From: Eubacteriales bacterium
GTDB lineage: Bacteria; Bacillota; Clostridia; Oscillospirales; QAKW01
Direction: 5' to 3'
Length of the DNA: 41,774 nucleotides
Assembly: GCA_045586045.1 (NCBI GenBank)
Contig: JAZMZQ010000191.1
Span: forward strand, 1-41,774
Part shown: piece by piece, positions 40,990 through 41,774 of the stretch
Layout: the number at the start of each line of letters is the position of its first letter
Numbering within the stretch: the stretch's first letter is position 1
Notes under the pieces: generated by a model
Told to the model about the DNA's origin: nothing
Database searches by the model: none
Seen by the model: the letters and a program-made list of their open reading frames with translations, nothing else
Translations under genes and position numbers: made by a program

Positions 40990-41774
40990 TTACTCTTTCC
41001 AAAGCTCTTGAGGATAAAGGCCTGCGTCCTTCAAGCCTTGAATCCCTGCCATTACGGCCGGCTTATCTTCTTTATAGGTTACGCCAAACCATTTATCGGC
41101 GCTATGCAGCACTTTTACAGTGGCGGCCTTTTCCGAAAGCAGCTCATCTACCACCATCGGCAGATAAAATTCCGATTTCAAAGGATTCTCTTTTACGGTT
41201 GTCTGAAGGAAGACGGGGAATTTTTCCTCTAATGCCCGAAGATATGCCAAGGGGAAGCCCCACATATTCATGGAGACCGGCGCATCGTTGGCCACCGGCA
41301 CAAAGCTCTCTCCCCCGTCCTCGGAATAATGGGCCTGCCCATCAATCTTTTGGATCATGGTCCGCTCATCGATTTTTTGCAGATAGCCATCCTCGCTTAC
41401 GCGGCAGACGCCTCTTGCCACATGGCCGTTATCGGTCAATGTATTCTCCAGAATATAGCCAACCATGGCGATCTTCATGGGCTCTTCCTCTTGGATGGAG
41501 ATCAGATGGTCATAAAGCTTTTGGAATGCATCTCTGCCATAGAAATCGTCCGCATTGATGACAGCGAAGGGCGCATCCAATACATCCTTGCAGCAAAGGA
41601 TGGCATGGCCGGTGCCCCAAGGCTTGATTCTGCCTTCGGGGATAACGGTCCCTTCAGGGACTTTGGTAAGCTCTTGGAAGACATAATGGACCTCGGCTCG
41701 TTGAGAGATCCGATCGCCGATGACCTCCTTGAAATCCTTTTCGATTTCTCTTTTGATGACAAAGACAAATTTCT
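40990..41774 (-). CDS. sugar-1-phosphate nucleotidyltransferase (N-terminus outside the window)
   Basis: The frame stays open to the window edge: ...KPWGTGHAILCCKDVLDAPFAVINADDFYG..., an NTP-transferase fold. Lies 6 nt upstream of nahK. Confidence 0.75.
   Translation of the reverse strand, partial: KFVFVIKREIEKDFKEVIGDRISQRAEVHYVFQELTKVPEGTVIPEGRIKPWGTGHAILCCKDVLDAPFAVINADDFYGRDAFQKLYDHLISIQEEEPMKIAMVGYILENTLTDNGHVARGVCRVSEDGYLQKIDERTMIQKIDGQAHYSEDGGESFVPVANDAPVSMNMWGFPLAYLRALEEKFPVFLQTTVKENPLKSEFYLPMVVDELLSEKAATVKVLHSADKWFGVTYKEDKPAVMAGIQGLKDAGLYPQELWKE

Noticed and set aside
1-41774. CRISPR arrays, rRNA genes, transposases, integrases and known defence genes
   Set aside because: No regularly spaced repeats of 24-40 bp were seen, no rRNA-like stretch was found, and none of the translated ORFs shows recombinase, nuclease or defence hallmarks.

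Overview
41.8 kb chromosomal window, about 55% GC, from what I infer is a spore-forming Clostridia-type Firmicute. The supporting genes are an alpha/beta SASP, an SLH-domain surface protein, an LtaS-family enzyme, a dlt-like operon, recG, murA, clpC, trmL, rlmD, fumC and tRNA-Leu(UAA). Most of the window is ordinary core metabolism and cell-envelope genes. Six things stand out.

1. The live 3' end of ppdK plus its terminator occurs three times as diverged direct repeats. These bracket two AT-rich gene cassettes, each with its own promoter, and no recombinase is visible.
2. A tightly coupled 7-gene operon on the minus strand encodes a dlt-like aminoacyl-esterification pathway (adenylating enzyme, carrier protein, MBOAT, SGNH-like protein). 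It is fused to an Asp/Glu-family racemase, a transglutaminase-like surface protein and a lipoprotein. The adenylation pocket does not look like DltA.
3. A perfect palindrome built from three tandem TGATATCA units occurs twice, each time upstream of a minus-strand gene.
4. Structured intergenic elements sit against, or are bracketed by duplicated copies of, rho-independent terminators.
5. A 0.7 kb AT-rich islet of three small genes is translationally coupled to rlmD. One of these genes is below the ORF-track cutoff.
6. A two-gene operon of unknown function follows a 330 bp highly self-complementary leader.

No CRISPR array, rRNA, transposase, integrase or recognisable defence gene was seen. All calls rest on reading the sequence and recalled family motifs; no searches were run.
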